In this document: piece after piece, positions 43,181 to 52,373 of the stretch | How the letters are laid out: each line of letters starts with the position of its first letter | How positions within the stretch are numbered: the stretch's first letter is position 1 | From: an uncultured Candidatus Saccharibacteria bacterium | GTDB lineage: Bacteria > Patescibacteriota > Minisyncoccia > Ryanbacterales > HO2-45-13 | Direction: 5' to 3' | Assembly: GCA_964354975.1 (NCBI GenBank) | Contig: CAYHBS010000005.1 | Span: 1-62,807, forward strand | Length of the DNA stretch: 62,807 nt | Made by a program: the position numbers and the translations under genes | The notes under the pieces: model-generated | What the model saw: the letters and a program-made list of their open reading frames with translations, nothing else | Database searches by the model: none | What the model was told of the DNA's origin: nothing

Positions 43181-44193
43181 GAGACAACGTTCATTGGTTT
43201 GTGGTGAAAGAATGCCTTAATATTTTGTGCGGTTGTGCGAAATATTCTTTGACGCGCTTCTATAGTGTTAAACGCATTGTGCGGAGTAATAATCACGTTT
43301 GGGAGTTCCATTAAAATATGATTTGCGAGCACCGTGCGTAGCTCTTTTTCACCCGGATGTCCATTAAACATGAAAGAAATTTCATCTTGTACTCCTCCTT
43401 CTTCCTCAAGCACATCAAGGCCCACGCCTCCAATAACACCACTGCGCAGGCCCTCCACCATTGCTTCGGTATCGACAATTCCTCCGCGCGCCGTATTGAT
43501 AAGTATCGCGCCGCGCTTCATGTGTGAAATAAATTCACGATTGACCAGATGGTGTGTTTCCTTGAGATACGGAACATGGATGGTGATGACATCACTCCTG
43601 GAGGCAAGTTCCCGCAGACTCATATACGTCACGTCCTGTTTCTTTGCAAAATCTGTATCTGGTTGGGGATCATATGCAATAACTTTCATATCAAATCCTC
43701 GCGCCATCGCAACGGAGTGTCTCCCAATACGACCAGTACCTATAATCCCAATCGTTTTCCCATTCAAATCAAATCCTTCAAGTCCATCGTACGAAAATTG
43801 ACCCTGCGTTTTGACGCGTGTGATTGCGGGATACATACGACGCGACAGCGTAAGAAGTAGCGCAAACGCAAATTCAGCAACGGTGTGTTCGCCGTACGAC
43901 GGAACGTTGGTGACTACAATGCCTTTTTCCTTTGCCGCAGAGACATCTATGTGATCATACCCAGTACTTCGCGTCACGATCATTTTGACGCTTGGGAGGC
44001 GCGCAATGACATCCTTTGTCACTTTCGAATTCACAAACACCGACATCACCTCAAGGTCTTTATCAATAGGAATATGTTCCGGACTCACAGGGTCACGAAC
44101 AAAACGCGCCTCGTCCATGACGCCCTCCATATCGAGTGCCTTGCGAATCATCTCTTCATCGCGCTCCTTAATACCAAAAAAACCTATGGCCAT
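43177..44193 (-). CDS. D-isomer-specific 2-hydroxyacid dehydrogenase (D-lactate/glycerate dehydrogenase-like)
   Basis: NAD fold GIIGTGRIGRHSVAMARGFDMKVIAYD. Catalytic R/E/H context (NTARGGIVD.., ITPHNAF). Confidence 0.85.
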   Translation of the reverse strand: MAIGFFGIKERDEEMIRKALDMEGVMDEARFVRDPVSPEHIPIDKDLEVMSVFVNSKVTKDVIARLPSVKMIVTRSTGYDHIDVSAAKEKGIVVTNVPSYGEHTVAEFAFALLLTLSRRMYPAITRVKTQGQFSYDGLEGFDLNGKTIGIIGTGRIGRHSVAMARGFDMKVIAYDPQPDTDFAKKQDVTYMSLRELASRSDVITIHVPYLKETHHLVNREFISHMKRGAILINTARGGIVDTEAMVEGLRSGVIGGVGLDVLEEEGGVQDEISFMFNGHPGEKELRTVLANHILMELPNVIITPHNAFNTIEARQRIFRTTAQNIKAFFHHKPMNVVS

Positions 44194-44205
44194 AATTCTA
44201 TTGTA

Positions 44206-46644
44206 TCAGACCGACCACCGATCGCGCTCCTCTTTTGCCACAATGAGTGTCGTCGATATCACCGTGTCCGGGTTAAGCGACATGCTTTCAATACCCGCTT
44301 CTACAAGGAACCGAGCAAAATCAGGATGATCGGAAGGAGCTTGGCCGCAAATTCCAATATATTTTCTCCGCGATCTGCAACGATCAATGACGGTGCGTAC
44401 CATTTCTTTTACCGCCTGATTTTGCTCATCTGCAACGTGGTTCACGATACCAGAATCGCGATCAAGCCCAAGCACGAGCTGTGTGAGATCGTTTGACCCA
44501 ATCGACATGCCATCAAACAAATCAAGAAATCTGTCTGCAAGTAAAATATTAGCGGGGATTTCGCACATCACATACACGGGCATCGGTTCTCCCACAACCG
44601 TGTGTCCGCGCTTTGCTGCATATCTGGATACCAGCCCCCCTTCCGCCATGGTCATGAGCACGCGCTCTCCTTCTTCGGGTGTGCGACAAAATGGAACCAT
44701 CGGAATCACGTTCATCAGTCCCATCTCGCCACGCACACGCGCAATCGCACGGCACTCGAGCAAGAATGCGGATTTAAATTTTTCATCATAGTAACGGGAC
44801 GCGCCGCGCCAACCGAGCATTGGGTTTTCTTCATGCGGCTCATAGAGCTCTCCGCCAAGCAACGCGCGATATTCATTCGTTTTAAAATCAGAAAAACGAA
44901 CAATCACATGGTGCGGGGCAAATGCAAGCCCAATACGCGCAATTCCGTACGCAAGTTGATCTACGTAGTAGTCTACGGGATCGTCCCATCCTGAAATGCG
45001 CACACGGATTTCCTCCTGTATTTTCTTTGGGAGTTTTTTGAAATTGAGGAGGGCCATCGGATGTATACCAATCGTAGAGGCAATAATAAACTCCTCGCGC
45101 GCAAGCCCAACTCCCTGATGCGGTAAAAATGACTTTTCAAATGCAGTCTCGGGAGTTGCAATATTGACCATAATTTTTGTGCGTGTTTTGGGAAGCGCTT
45201 TTACATCACGCTCTTCCACAGTAAACGCAAGTGTCCCACGAAACACCAACCCCTCGCTTCCTGATGTATCCACCGTAAGCGCGTCCCCCGTTTTGATCAC
45301 TTGCGTGGCGTGTTCGGTGCCCACAACCGCAGGGATCCCAAGTTCACGACTCACAATCGCGGCGTGACTGGTGCGACCTCCTTTGTCTGTCACAATTGCA
45401 GATGCAATTTTCATGATGGGTTCCCAATTAGGATCCGTCATATCGGTGACCAGCACCTCCCCCTTTTTAAATGAGTTCATATCCTTTACGTTCATAATCA
45501 CGCGCGCCTTGCCAGTCGCAATTTTATTTCCCACTGAAGCACCACGTACAATTGGCGTGCCTTCCCCCGTGCGCGTATATTCCACAATCTTGGAATAATC
45601 ACGCTCACTGTGCACGGTCTCGGGACGGGCTTGCACAATAAACAGCTCTTTTGTGACACCGTCTCTCGCCCATTCAATATCCATCGGTGTCCATTTCCCT
45701 GCGCGCTGGCTATAATGCTCCTCAATAATAACTCCCCACACCGCGAGCATTTTAACTTCCGCGTCCGAAAGCACAAAGGAGATGCGTTCCGTGGGAGTGG
45801 TGTTAATTATTTTGGTGCGATGAATGCCCTTTGCGGCTCTGCCGTAGATCATTTTTTGCTTCTTCACGCCAAGTTTTTTCCCAACAAACGGAAGTGCGGA
45901 CTTCTTCAGCAGCGACTTGCCAATATAATGCTCGTCGGGAGTTACTTGCCCCTGCACAATCATCTCCCCAAGTCCCCACACCGCGTTGATGAGTACCACA
46001 TCACGAAAACCAGATTCGGTGTCCAGCGTAAACATCACACCCGATGCTCCCGAGTCCGAGCGCACCATGCGCTGTACAGCAACCGATAGTGCAATACTAA
46101 AATGATCGAACTTCTTATCAACACGGTACGAAATTGCGCGATCAGTAAACAGTGATGCCATCGCAGACTTTACGGCGTCTATGATATCATTTGCGCCACG
46201 AATACCAAGGAATGTTTCGTGTTCTCCTGCAAAACTTGCTCCCGGCAGATCCTCCGCCGTTGCGCTCGATCTCACTGCAGTATCGATGTTTTTCCCATAC
46301 ACCGTTTCCATTGATCGGTACCCATCACGGATCGCATCTTGCAGTGCCTTCGGCACTTTTGCTTTTACGATCGCATTGCGAATATGTGCCCCACGACGCG
46401 CAAGGTCTCTCATATTTTTTGTATTCAGTCCGGTGAGCTCTTTTCTGATCACAACGTCCAACCGCGCTTCCTGAATAAAATAACGATAGGCGTCGGCAGT
46501 GACAACAAATCCACCCGGCACACGTACCCCGCGCGCACCAAGTGTTTGAAGCATTTCACCGAGTGATGCGTTCTTTCCTCCCACACGCGCAACGTCTCCC
46601 ATATTGACGCTATCAAGCGGAACTACAAAATGTGTGTCTGTCAT
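44206..46644 (-). CDS. ppsA: phosphoenolpyruvate synthase (pyruvate, water dikinase)
   Basis: ATP-grasp N-terminus (VGGKNASLGEM), phosphohistidine swivel GGRTSHAAIVSRELGIPAVVG, PEP-utilising C-terminus (GSNDLTQL, GICGQAPSD). Confidence 0.93.
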   Translation of the reverse strand: MTDTHFVVPLDSVNMGDVARVGGKNASLGEMLQTLGARGVRVPGGFVVTADAYRYFIQEARLDVVIRKELTGLNTKNMRDLARRGAHIRNAIVKAKVPKALQDAIRDGYRSMETVYGKNIDTAVRSSATAEDLPGASFAGEHETFLGIRGANDIIDAVKSAMASLFTDRAISYRVDKKFDHFSIALSVAVQRMVRSDSGASGVMFTLDTESGFRDVVLINAVWGLGEMIVQGQVTPDEHYIGKSLLKKSALPFVGKKLGVKKQKMIYGRAAKGIHRTKIINTTPTERISFVLSDAEVKMLAVWGVIIEEHYSQRAGKWTPMDIEWARDGVTKELFIVQARPETVHSERDYSKIVEYTRTGEGTPIVRGASVGNKIATGKARVIMNVKDMNSFKKGEVLVTDMTDPNWEPIMKIASAIVTDKGGRTSHAAIVSRELGIPAVVGTEHATQVIKTGDALTVDTSGSEGLVFRGTLAFTVEERDVKALPKTRTKIMVNIATPETAFEKSFLPHQGVGLAREEFIIASTIGIHPMALLNFKKLPKKIQEEIRVRISGWDDPVDYYVDQLAYGIARIGLAFAPHHVIVRFSDFKTNEYRALLGGELYEPHEENPMLGWRGASRYYDEKFKSAFLLECRAIARVRGEMGLMNVIPMVPFCRTPEEGERVLMTMAEGGLVSRYAAKRGHTVVGEPMPVYVMCEIPANILLADRFLDLFDGMSIGSNDLTQLVLGLDRDSGIVNHVADEQNQAVKEMVRTVIDRCRSRRKYIGICGQAPSDHPDFARFLVEAGIESMSLNPDTVISTTLIVAKEERDRWSV

Positions 46645-47960
46645 AAAGATTTTTCTTTCATTGCAATAATGAGATCAGATACATTCGATCCCGTGTCTCC
46701 TGTTAGTATCGCATCTCCCGAGCGAGAAAAGAATACAGCAGAGTTGTTGGTATCCAAAAATTCACTCACATTGATACCCGCGGTGTCTGCGTGCGCGAGG
46801 GTTCGTTTGTCAGCAATGCCTCCCGCATGAAGACCGTTATCGCGCCCATCCGACGCCAATGAACACACAAGCTCGTCTTCATGAATATCCGACAGTGTCG
46901 CAAGCGAGAGCTCCTGATTTCTCCCTCCATGCCCAGTCCCATGCACCACCACCGTCGTTTCGCCTCCATAGAGCTGAACCACACCTTTCGGAGCCGAGTG
47001 CAGACGCTCAATCACTTTTGCCGCAACGATACGCGCACTTCCCGAAACTGTTTTTGAAATGATTTCTGGCGCATATCCAAGTTCAGTAGCACGCGTGCTC
47101 ATTGCGTTCAGCGCTATGACGTTTGAAACCACGAGTGCGTTCACTACGCGCGCAAAATATGTATCCTCTTTTGGCGTTTCAATAAGACCGCAGTGTGCAA
47201 TATTACATGTACGCAAGATGCGATATTTTTCAAGAATCACATCTGCATCCGCAATCGTCGTGGTGTCTTTCACGGTTGGCCCCGACGCAATAAATTCCAG
47301 ATCATCTCCGGGTACGTCCGAAAAAATCAATGAGAACACACGCGCAGGATGCGCATACTGTGCAAGATATCCTCCACGCGCAAGCGACATGTGCTTGCGT
47401 ATGGTGTTTATCTCTTGAATAGATGCTCCCGCAGACATCAGTGCGCCCACGATGACTTTTTCTTCCACACAGGTAGCCCCCGCTTCCGGCATACAGAGGA
47501 GCGTGGATCCGCCACCCGATATCACAAATATCACGACATCCCGTTCGGTAAGACCACTAAGTAGTGAGACAATTTTTTTAGTAACCTGAATATTATAATC
47601 TGACGGTAGAGGGTGCGTACCTGCGTAGCAGAGCATTTTCTTGAGATCACAATGTTCGGTGATGTGCACATCGAGCACAATTCCCGCATCAATATCGTCC
47701 CCAAGCACTTCCTCGAGTGTATGTGCGGCCTGCATCGCACATTTACCAATACCAATTACGAGTAACCGATCCACCGCATCACGATCAATGCGATTTCCCG
47801 CAATATGATACTGCGTATCCGACACCTGCACCGATCGTCTTATTGCACCTTTTGTATCAATCGCATCGAGACCACTATCAATGATAGAGAGAACATCTTT
47901 GCGAAGCGTGGTACTCGCAAGATGGGTTGCATTGTGAATGTTGTTTGACGCAATGTACAT
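46641..47960 (-). CDS. glycerate 2-kinase, MOFRL family (DUF4147+MOFRL)
   Basis: GIGKCAMQAA, GTHPLP, VISGGGSTLL, IRKHMSLARGGYLA, SDVPGDD..IASGPT, GGETTVVVHGTGHGGRNQE, TGDTGSNVSDL. Confidence 0.8.
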   Translation of the reverse strand: MYIASNNIHNATHLASTTLRKDVLSIIDSGLDAIDTKGAIRRSVQVSDTQYHIAGNRIDRDAVDRLLVIGIGKCAMQAAHTLEEVLGDDIDAGIVLDVHITEHCDLKKMLCYAGTHPLPSDYNIQVTKKIVSLLSGLTERDVVIFVISGGGSTLLCMPEAGATCVEEKVIVGALMSAGASIQEINTIRKHMSLARGGYLAQYAHPARVFSLIFSDVPGDDLEFIASGPTVKDTTTIADADVILEKYRILRTCNIAHCGLIETPKEDTYFARVVNALVVSNVIALNAMSTRATELGYAPEIISKTVSGSARIVAAKVIERLHSAPKGVVQLYGGETTVVVHGTGHGGRNQELSLATLSDIHEDELVCSLASDGRDNGLHAGGIADKRTLAHADTAGINVSEFLDTNNSAVFFSRSGDAILTGDTGSNVSDLIIAMKEKSL

Positions 47961-47963
47961 ATT

Positions 47964-48428
47964 TCAAATACGTTCTGCGATATCTCGCAGCACCTCATCC
48001 GCGTGGAGCGCAGGACGCACCGTATCGTATATTTTTGCTATCCTTCCCATTGGATCAATAAGATATGACATTCGTTTGATACCAAGAAATGTACGTCCCA
48101 TCATAGTCTTCTTTCCGATAGCGCCGTACTCCTTCATGACTGATCGATCTTCATCGGACACAATGGGAAAGGGCAATGCGTGTTTGTCGGAAAATTTTTC
48201 ATGGCTACGCGTGGAGTCTCCGCTCATGCCCACCACTACCACGCCTGCGCGCTCATATTGTGTGTATGCATCACGAAATGCACATGCCTCAATCGTGCAT
48301 CCTGGAGTGTTATCGCGAGGATAAAAATAGAGCAGCACCCACTGACCTTTCCACTCTGAAAGCGAGCGCGACTTCCCCATCTGATCCGGCAGTGTAAATG
48401 CCGGTGCGATGTCTCCAGTGTTTAACAT
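47964..48428 (-). CDS. bcp: thioredoxin-dependent peroxiredoxin (Bcp/PrxQ)
   Basis: YFYPRDNTPGCTIEAC active site, 154 aa. Confidence 0.9.
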   Translation of the reverse strand: MLNTGDIAPAFTLPDQMGKSRSLSEWKGQWVLLYFYPRDNTPGCTIEACAFRDAYTQYERAGVVVVGMSGDSTRSHEKFSDKHALPFPIVSDEDRSVMKEYGAIGKKTMMGRTFLGIKRMSYLIDPMGRIAKIYDTVRPALHADEVLRDIAERI

Positions 48429-48434
48429 TTCGTG

Positions 48435-48440
48435 AAAATA
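48435..48440 (-). promoter_or_regulatory. -10-like TATTTT placed 6 nt before the bcp ATG (leaderless layout)
   Basis: Minus strand reads TATTTT-CACGAA-ATG(48428). Confidence 0.3.
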
Positions 48441-48494
48441 TGAATTACCATCACTTCTATTGTGATGCTTTTTTCATGTGTGAGCAATGTATGC

Positions 48495-48734
48495 TTACGC
48501 GAGACGCGAGAGTTTAGCGGCAAGTCCTTTTTGCACTTCTCGAAATGCCTTGTTGATTGCGTCACGCACGTCCGAAAGCGTCTGCAAAGAAACATCCCCG
48601 TCTGCGGAAATATCTTCCACTTCAAATGAGCCGTTCACTCTCACCGTTACATTTCCCGCACTTGCAGTCGCACGCTCTTCTTTCATCAGTTGCTGCATTT
48701 GTCTCGCCTTCTGCATGTCTCCAATAAATCCCAT
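48495..48734 (-). CDS. YbaB/EbfC-family nucleoid-associated protein (79 aa)
   Basis: From ATG 48734: MGFIGDMQKARQMQQLMKEERATASAGNVTVRVNGSFEVEDISADGD... This matches the YbaB layout (N-terminal MQKxQxMQ helix, then a beta segment, then a helix). The tracked 58-aa extension was trimmed. Confidence 0.6.
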   Translation of the reverse strand: MGFIGDMQKARQMQQLMKEERATASAGNVTVRVNGSFEVEDISADGDVSLQTLSDVRDAINKAFREVQKGLAAKLSRLA

Positions 48735-48937
48735 AGTATTATTGTGTGATGATTCCTGCTTGATCAATAATAGATGCGTGTAATGTGCCTCATGCATTAC
48801 TGTGCGACTGGGAATACGCCAACCCACTTCCAAATCCCCAAGATCAATAACAGCAGGCTTATTGCCAGTACGACGCGCGTATGCCGATGAGGAAATATCA
48901 TGCACCAATCATATCGAAGCAAAATACAAATGAAAAG

Positions 48938-48961
48938 GCGTGCGACCTCATGGTCGCACGC
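48938..48961 (-). terminator. intrinsic terminator
   Basis: GCGTGCGACC-TCAT-GGTCGCACGC, followed on the minus strand by CTTTTCATTTGTATTTT. Spans the stop of the upstream gene. Confidence 0.6.
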
Positions 48962-49268
48962 ATCTGTCGAGTAAAAGTTGTTCGAGTAGCTCGGGGAGTC
49001 TCCCGTGCATTTCGAAGTGTTCTTGCGTTGCGGGATTTCGCATTTGCCCAACATCCCAAAAGATCTCCTTGAGATGCTCCGTGATACACTGGTTACTGTA
49101 TGCGATCCACCCCTCGCGCCACTGGCTGAATTTTTGTGTACTCACCCTTGTGAACGGGTAGAATGGATTATCTGCAAGGGACGCTCCGCTCATTGCCGCC
49201 ACAAAACCAATCGTATGCGCGTCGATGATTTCGTCGGACCCACTGTAGGCACACATTCCGTCCGCCAT
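48948..49268 (-). CDS. hypothetical protein with Rmf-like N-terminal motif (106 aa)
   Basis: SD GGAGGTG lies 6 nt before ATG 49268 (MADGMCAYSG..). GFVAAMSGASLADNPFYPF..FSQWREGW resembles the G(Y/F)xAG..G....(C/N)P(Y/F)....W..GW core of ribosome modulation factor. Confidence 0.45.
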   Translation of the reverse strand: MADGMCAYSGSDEIIDAHTIGFVAAMSGASLADNPFYPFTRVSTQKFSQWREGWIAYSNQCITEHLKEIFWDVGQMRNPATQEHFEMHGRLPELLEQLLLDRCVRP

Positions 49269-49317
49269 AAGACACCTCCTCTCGGTTCTACTCACACTCT
49301 ACATAATACATAAAAAA

Positions 49318-49339
49318 ACACAACCGCAGAGGGCTGTGT
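49318..49339 (-). terminator. typA terminator
   Basis: ACACAACC-GCAGAG-GGCTGTGT directly after the typA stop. T7 follows on the minus strand. Confidence 0.65.
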
Positions 49340-49343
49340 TTTT

Positions 49344-51149
49344 CTATTTGCGCTTCGCTTTTGAGCGTTCGTTTTCCGTGAGAAATTGCTTACGAAGACG
49401 CACCAGCGATGGCGTGATTTCCAAATACTCATCGTCCGACATAATTTCAAGACCGCGCTCAATGGTAAGCTCCCATTGTGGTGTGAGTTCAATCGCCTCA
49501 TCTGATCCCGATGCGCGCACATTACTAAGTTGCTTTCCCTTTGTTGGATTGACCATCATTTCTTCACCTTTGGATGTATTTCCTATCACCATGCCTTCAT
49601 ACACCTCGGTGGTAGGACCAACGTAGAGCGTCCCGCGATCCTGTAAATTCCAAAGCGCAAATCCAAGTGCTTTCCCCGATGTCATCGAAATCATTGATCC
49701 CACTTCGCGCTTACGAATTTCTCCCGCAAATTCTCTAAATCCAATAAATCGAGATGAAAGAATTCCTTCTCCTCTCGTATCAATAACAAATTGGTTGCGA
49801 TATCCGAGCAGGCCTCGTGTTGGTCCTTCAAATATTAAACGCACCGAATCGCCGTGTATCATCATATTTTGCAAGGTGCACCCGCGTACACCGAGGCGTT
49901 CAATAATCGCACCTTGATATATCGAAGGCGTATCTACCACCACTTCTTCAAATGGTTCCAGTTTCTTTCCGTTTTCTTCGCGAATGATAACTTTTGGTTG
50001 AGATACTTGCATTTCATATCCTTCACGGCGCATGTTTTCTAGGAGAATTGAAATGTGCAATTCACCACGTCCTGAAACGGTAAAGGTATCTCCCGTACCA
50101 AAGCCTACGCGCAGTCCCACATTCACCTCGAGTTCACGCTCAAGACGCTCACGAATTTGGCGAGATGTTACAAATTTTCCTTCACGCCCCGCAAATGGAG
50201 AGTTGTTTACAAAAAAGTTGAGTTCAATCGTTGGCTCATCTACCGCAATTGCAGGAAGCGGTTGAATAGTTTCATCTGTCGTGACAGTCTCCCCAATATC
50301 AATATCAGGAAGTCCCGCAATCATCACAATATCCCCCGAAGAGGCGGATGCTACGATTTCTTTCTGCATTCCTTTGAACGAGAAAATTTTAGTTATTTTA
50401 CCCCTGCGCGTTTCGCCGTTTGGTTTTTTTACAAATACCTGATCGGCATCCTTGAGTACGCCCTCATAGATACGCCCCACCGCCATACGGCCTAGGAAGT
50501 TATCATACGCAAGGTTGAACGGCTGAAATGTGAGCGCCTTTCCTGTGGTGTCCCGATTTGCTGCGGGCACGTGGCGTAAAATCTCATCGAGAAGCGGCGT
50601 GAGGTCAGATGATTCGTCAGTGAGTTTTTTCTTTGCAATGCCTTGGCGTCCAATTGCGTAGATGACCGGAAACTCGGCCTGCTCATTCGATGCGCCAAGT
50701 TCCAAGAATAACTCGAGTACCTGCTCTTCTGATCGGTGCGGGTCTGCTGCTGGTTTATCGATTTTATTGATGACCACAATAGGACATATACCAAGCTCAA
50801 GGGACTTTTTGAGCACAAATCGTGTTTGTGGCATTGGACCCTCCTGCGCGTCTACCACAAGAAGCACCGAGTCAATGGAACGCAGCACGCGCTCAACTTC
50901 AGATCCGAAATCGGCATGTCCCGGAGTATCTACAATGTTAATTTTTGTTACGGGACGTCCCGAGTTCGTCGAGGGGTAAAAGATTGCTGCATTTTTACTA
51001 TAAATTGTAATTCCGCGCTCAATCTCGAGTGCGTTGGTGTCCATAGTTGCTCCTTCCACCGACTGTCCGGTTTGGCGCAGTAGCGCGTCAGTGAGCGTCG
51101 TTTTCCCATGGTCTACGTGTGCGATAATAGCAATGTTTCTTATTTCCAT
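49344..51149 (-). CDS. typA: translational GTPase TypA/BipA
   Basis: [33 protein letters not shown]-like domains plus the BipA-specific C-terminus. Confidence 0.95.
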   Translation of the reverse strand: MEIRNIAIIAHVDHGKTTLTDALLRQTGQSVEGATMDTNALEIERGITIYSKNAAIFYPSTNSGRPVTKINIVDTPGHADFGSEVERVLRSIDSVLLVVDAQEGPMPQTRFVLKKSLELGICPIVVINKIDKPAADPHRSEEQVLELFLELGASNEQAEFPVIYAIGRQGIAKKKLTDESSDLTPLLDEILRHVPAANRDTTGKALTFQPFNLAYDNFLGRMAVGRIYEGVLKDADQVFVKKPNGETRRGKITKIFSFKGMQKEIVASASSGDIVMIAGLPDIDIGETVTTDETIQPLPAIAVDEPTIELNFFVNNSPFAGREGKFVTSRQIRERLERELEVNVGLRVGFGTGDTFTVSGRGELHISILLENMRREGYEMQVSQPKVIIREENGKKLEPFEEVVVDTPSIYQGAIIERLGVRGCTLQNMMIHGDSVRLIFEGPTRGLLGYRNQFVIDTRGEGILSSRFIGFREFAGEIRKREVGSMISMTSGKALGFALWNLQDRGTLYVGPTTEVYEGMVIGNTSKGEEMMVNPTKGKQLSNVRASGSDEAIELTPQWELTIERGLEIMSDDEYLEITPSLVRLRKQFLTENERSKAKRK

Positions 51150-51272
51150 ATTAGCGACTTGCCCCGTAGTGCACCGTAGGTGCTACTACTGGGGTATTTC
51201 GAATTTCCATATTGTAATGCCTGCCCCATAGTTATCGCGAAGCGATGTACTATCGGGGTTTCTTATTTCCAT
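51150..51272 (-). repeat. two degenerate tandem copies (about 61 bp each) of the typA 5' end, each an upstream ORF containing a hairpin
   Basis: ATGGAAAT(A/T)(A/C)GAAA occurs at 51272, 51210 and 51149 (the typA start). uORF1 MEIRNPDSTSLRDNYGAGITIWKFEIPQ* spans 51272-51186. uORF2 MEIRNTPVVAPTVHYGASR* spans 51210-51151. Hairpins lie at 51224-51258 and 51162-51194. Confidence 0.7.
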
Positions 51273-51400
51273 ATTACGAAAAAAATTCCCGCAAGGGGTG
51301 ATAAAATAGTACTAAATAATAGACAAGTTGTCAATATATGCACTTCATCCACGCTCGGAAAGAATATATACTTGAAATAGCAAGTCCTTGGAGGTGATTC

Positions 51401-51538
51401 ATGAGCTCACAAGAAGACAGAGAGCTGGAAGGTGGGCTGCGCGCTTTGAAACTAGCGTTTGTCGCTGCTGTTACCATCGCATTTCTGCAATGTGGATCAG
51501 CCATCATCGCGCTTTTCGAAAAAACGGTCACGCCGTAA
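51401..51538 (+). CDS. 45-aa membrane peptide (not in ORF track)
   Basis: SD GGAGGTGA lies 4 nt before ATG 51401. Translation MSSQEDRELEGGLRALKLAFVAAVTIAFLQCGSAIIALFEKTVTP. A strong terminator overlaps the stop. The tracked ORF 51388-51651 is in another frame with no RBS. Confidence 0.55.
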   Translation: MSSQEDRELEGGLRALKLAFVAAVTIAFLQCGSAIIALFEKTVTP

Positions 51539-51552
51539 GGCGGACCGTTTTT
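51524..51552 (+). terminator. intrinsic terminator
   Basis: ACGGTC-A-CGCC-GTAA-GGCG-GACCGT followed by TTTTT. Confidence 0.75.
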
Positions 51553-51565
51553 ACATACAGATTTC

Positions 51566-51838
51566 TTATTGAAAAAGCTCTTCCTTTTTTCCTCTGTCTA
51601 TCTCCTTGTTTCGTTTTCGCTCTTCTTCATCTTCTGACTGTAGATCCTTAATTATTTTCTGTACTTCACTGGGCGGCATCTTTTTCAGTTTTTCCTCGTG
51701 AAGACGATCCAATTCATCTTCAGATGGTAAAATTTCCTTCAAACCTTCGGTTGGGATTTCAGACCACTCTTTTTTCTCGACTTCGGGACCGCGCCTCTCT
51801 ATTTCGGGCTTTGGCTCCCGCTCATGTGCATTACTCAT
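51566..51838 (-). CDS. charged (E/K-rich) hypothetical protein (90 aa)
   Basis: From ATG 51838: MSNAHEREPKPEIERRGPEVEKKEW... TATAGT-N6 lies upstream. The tracked extension was trimmed. Confidence 0.45.
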   Translation of the reverse strand: MSNAHEREPKPEIERRGPEVEKKEWSEIPTEGLKEILPSEDELDRLHEEKLKKMPPSEVQKIIKDLQSEDEEERKRNKEIDRGKKEELFQ

Positions 51839-51844
51839 GTATCT

Positions 51845-51854
51845 ACTATATAGT
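51845..51854. promoter_or_regulatory. palindrome ACTATATAGT giving a TATAGT -10 on both strands (divergent promoters)
   Basis: Minus: TATAGT-AGATAC-ATG(51838), leaderless layout. Plus: TATAGT at 51849-51854, 21 nt before ATG 51876. Confidence 0.4.
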
Positions 51855-51875
51855 ACGCTCACCGAGTAGGTAAAC

Positions 51876-52349
51876 ATGAAAGTCTCATTTATTAAGGAAT
51901 CCGAGCAAAAATATAACCTCACGTGCGTCCGCAACGACGGCACCACCACCTCCGCAGATCTCGAAATGCGGAGTTATTTTAAGCATGACCTCATGCACTT
52001 TGTAGTGGAGCGAATGGCGCACATCGACTATGGATTTTTTGGTAAAATCATTCACGGCATGCAAGTAGAAGAACTCTCTCCCAAGGCAATCAAGGTACGC
52101 AACGAGACAATGGATCCCAAAGAGCACGCACTCGAAATGATTGTTGCCTCGCTTCAAAAAACTCACCCAACGGATACTGACGTCGATGAATTTATAGTGC
52201 GCGTAAGCGAATATCTTGCGCAACTCAATGTGACTCCCCCACATTATTTTAGTGTTGGATTTGTGCGCAGTGTACTCAAGGAATTTAATGATCTACTTCG
52301 AAAATGGCACCTCCTTCGCCACGGCGGCATACTGACTGTTAATTTTTAA
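51876..52349 (+). CDS. hypothetical protein (157 aa)
   Basis: ORF track. No motif recognised. Confidence 0.5.
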   Translation: MKVSFIKESEQKYNLTCVRNDGTTTSADLEMRSYFKHDLMHFVVERMAHIDYGFFGKIIHGMQVEELSPKAIKVRNETMDPKEHALEMIVASLQKTHPTDTDVDEFIVRVSEYLAQLNVTPPHYFSVGFVRSVLKEFNDLLRKWHLLRHGGILTVNF

Positions 52350-52361
52350 TATGTTTTCGAA

Positions 52362-52367
52362 TATACT
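52362..52367 (+). promoter_or_regulatory. -10 box TATACT placed 6 nt before ATG (leaderless layout)
   Basis: TATACT-cacttt-ATG(52374). Confidence 0.4.
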
Positions 52368-52373
52368 CACTTT

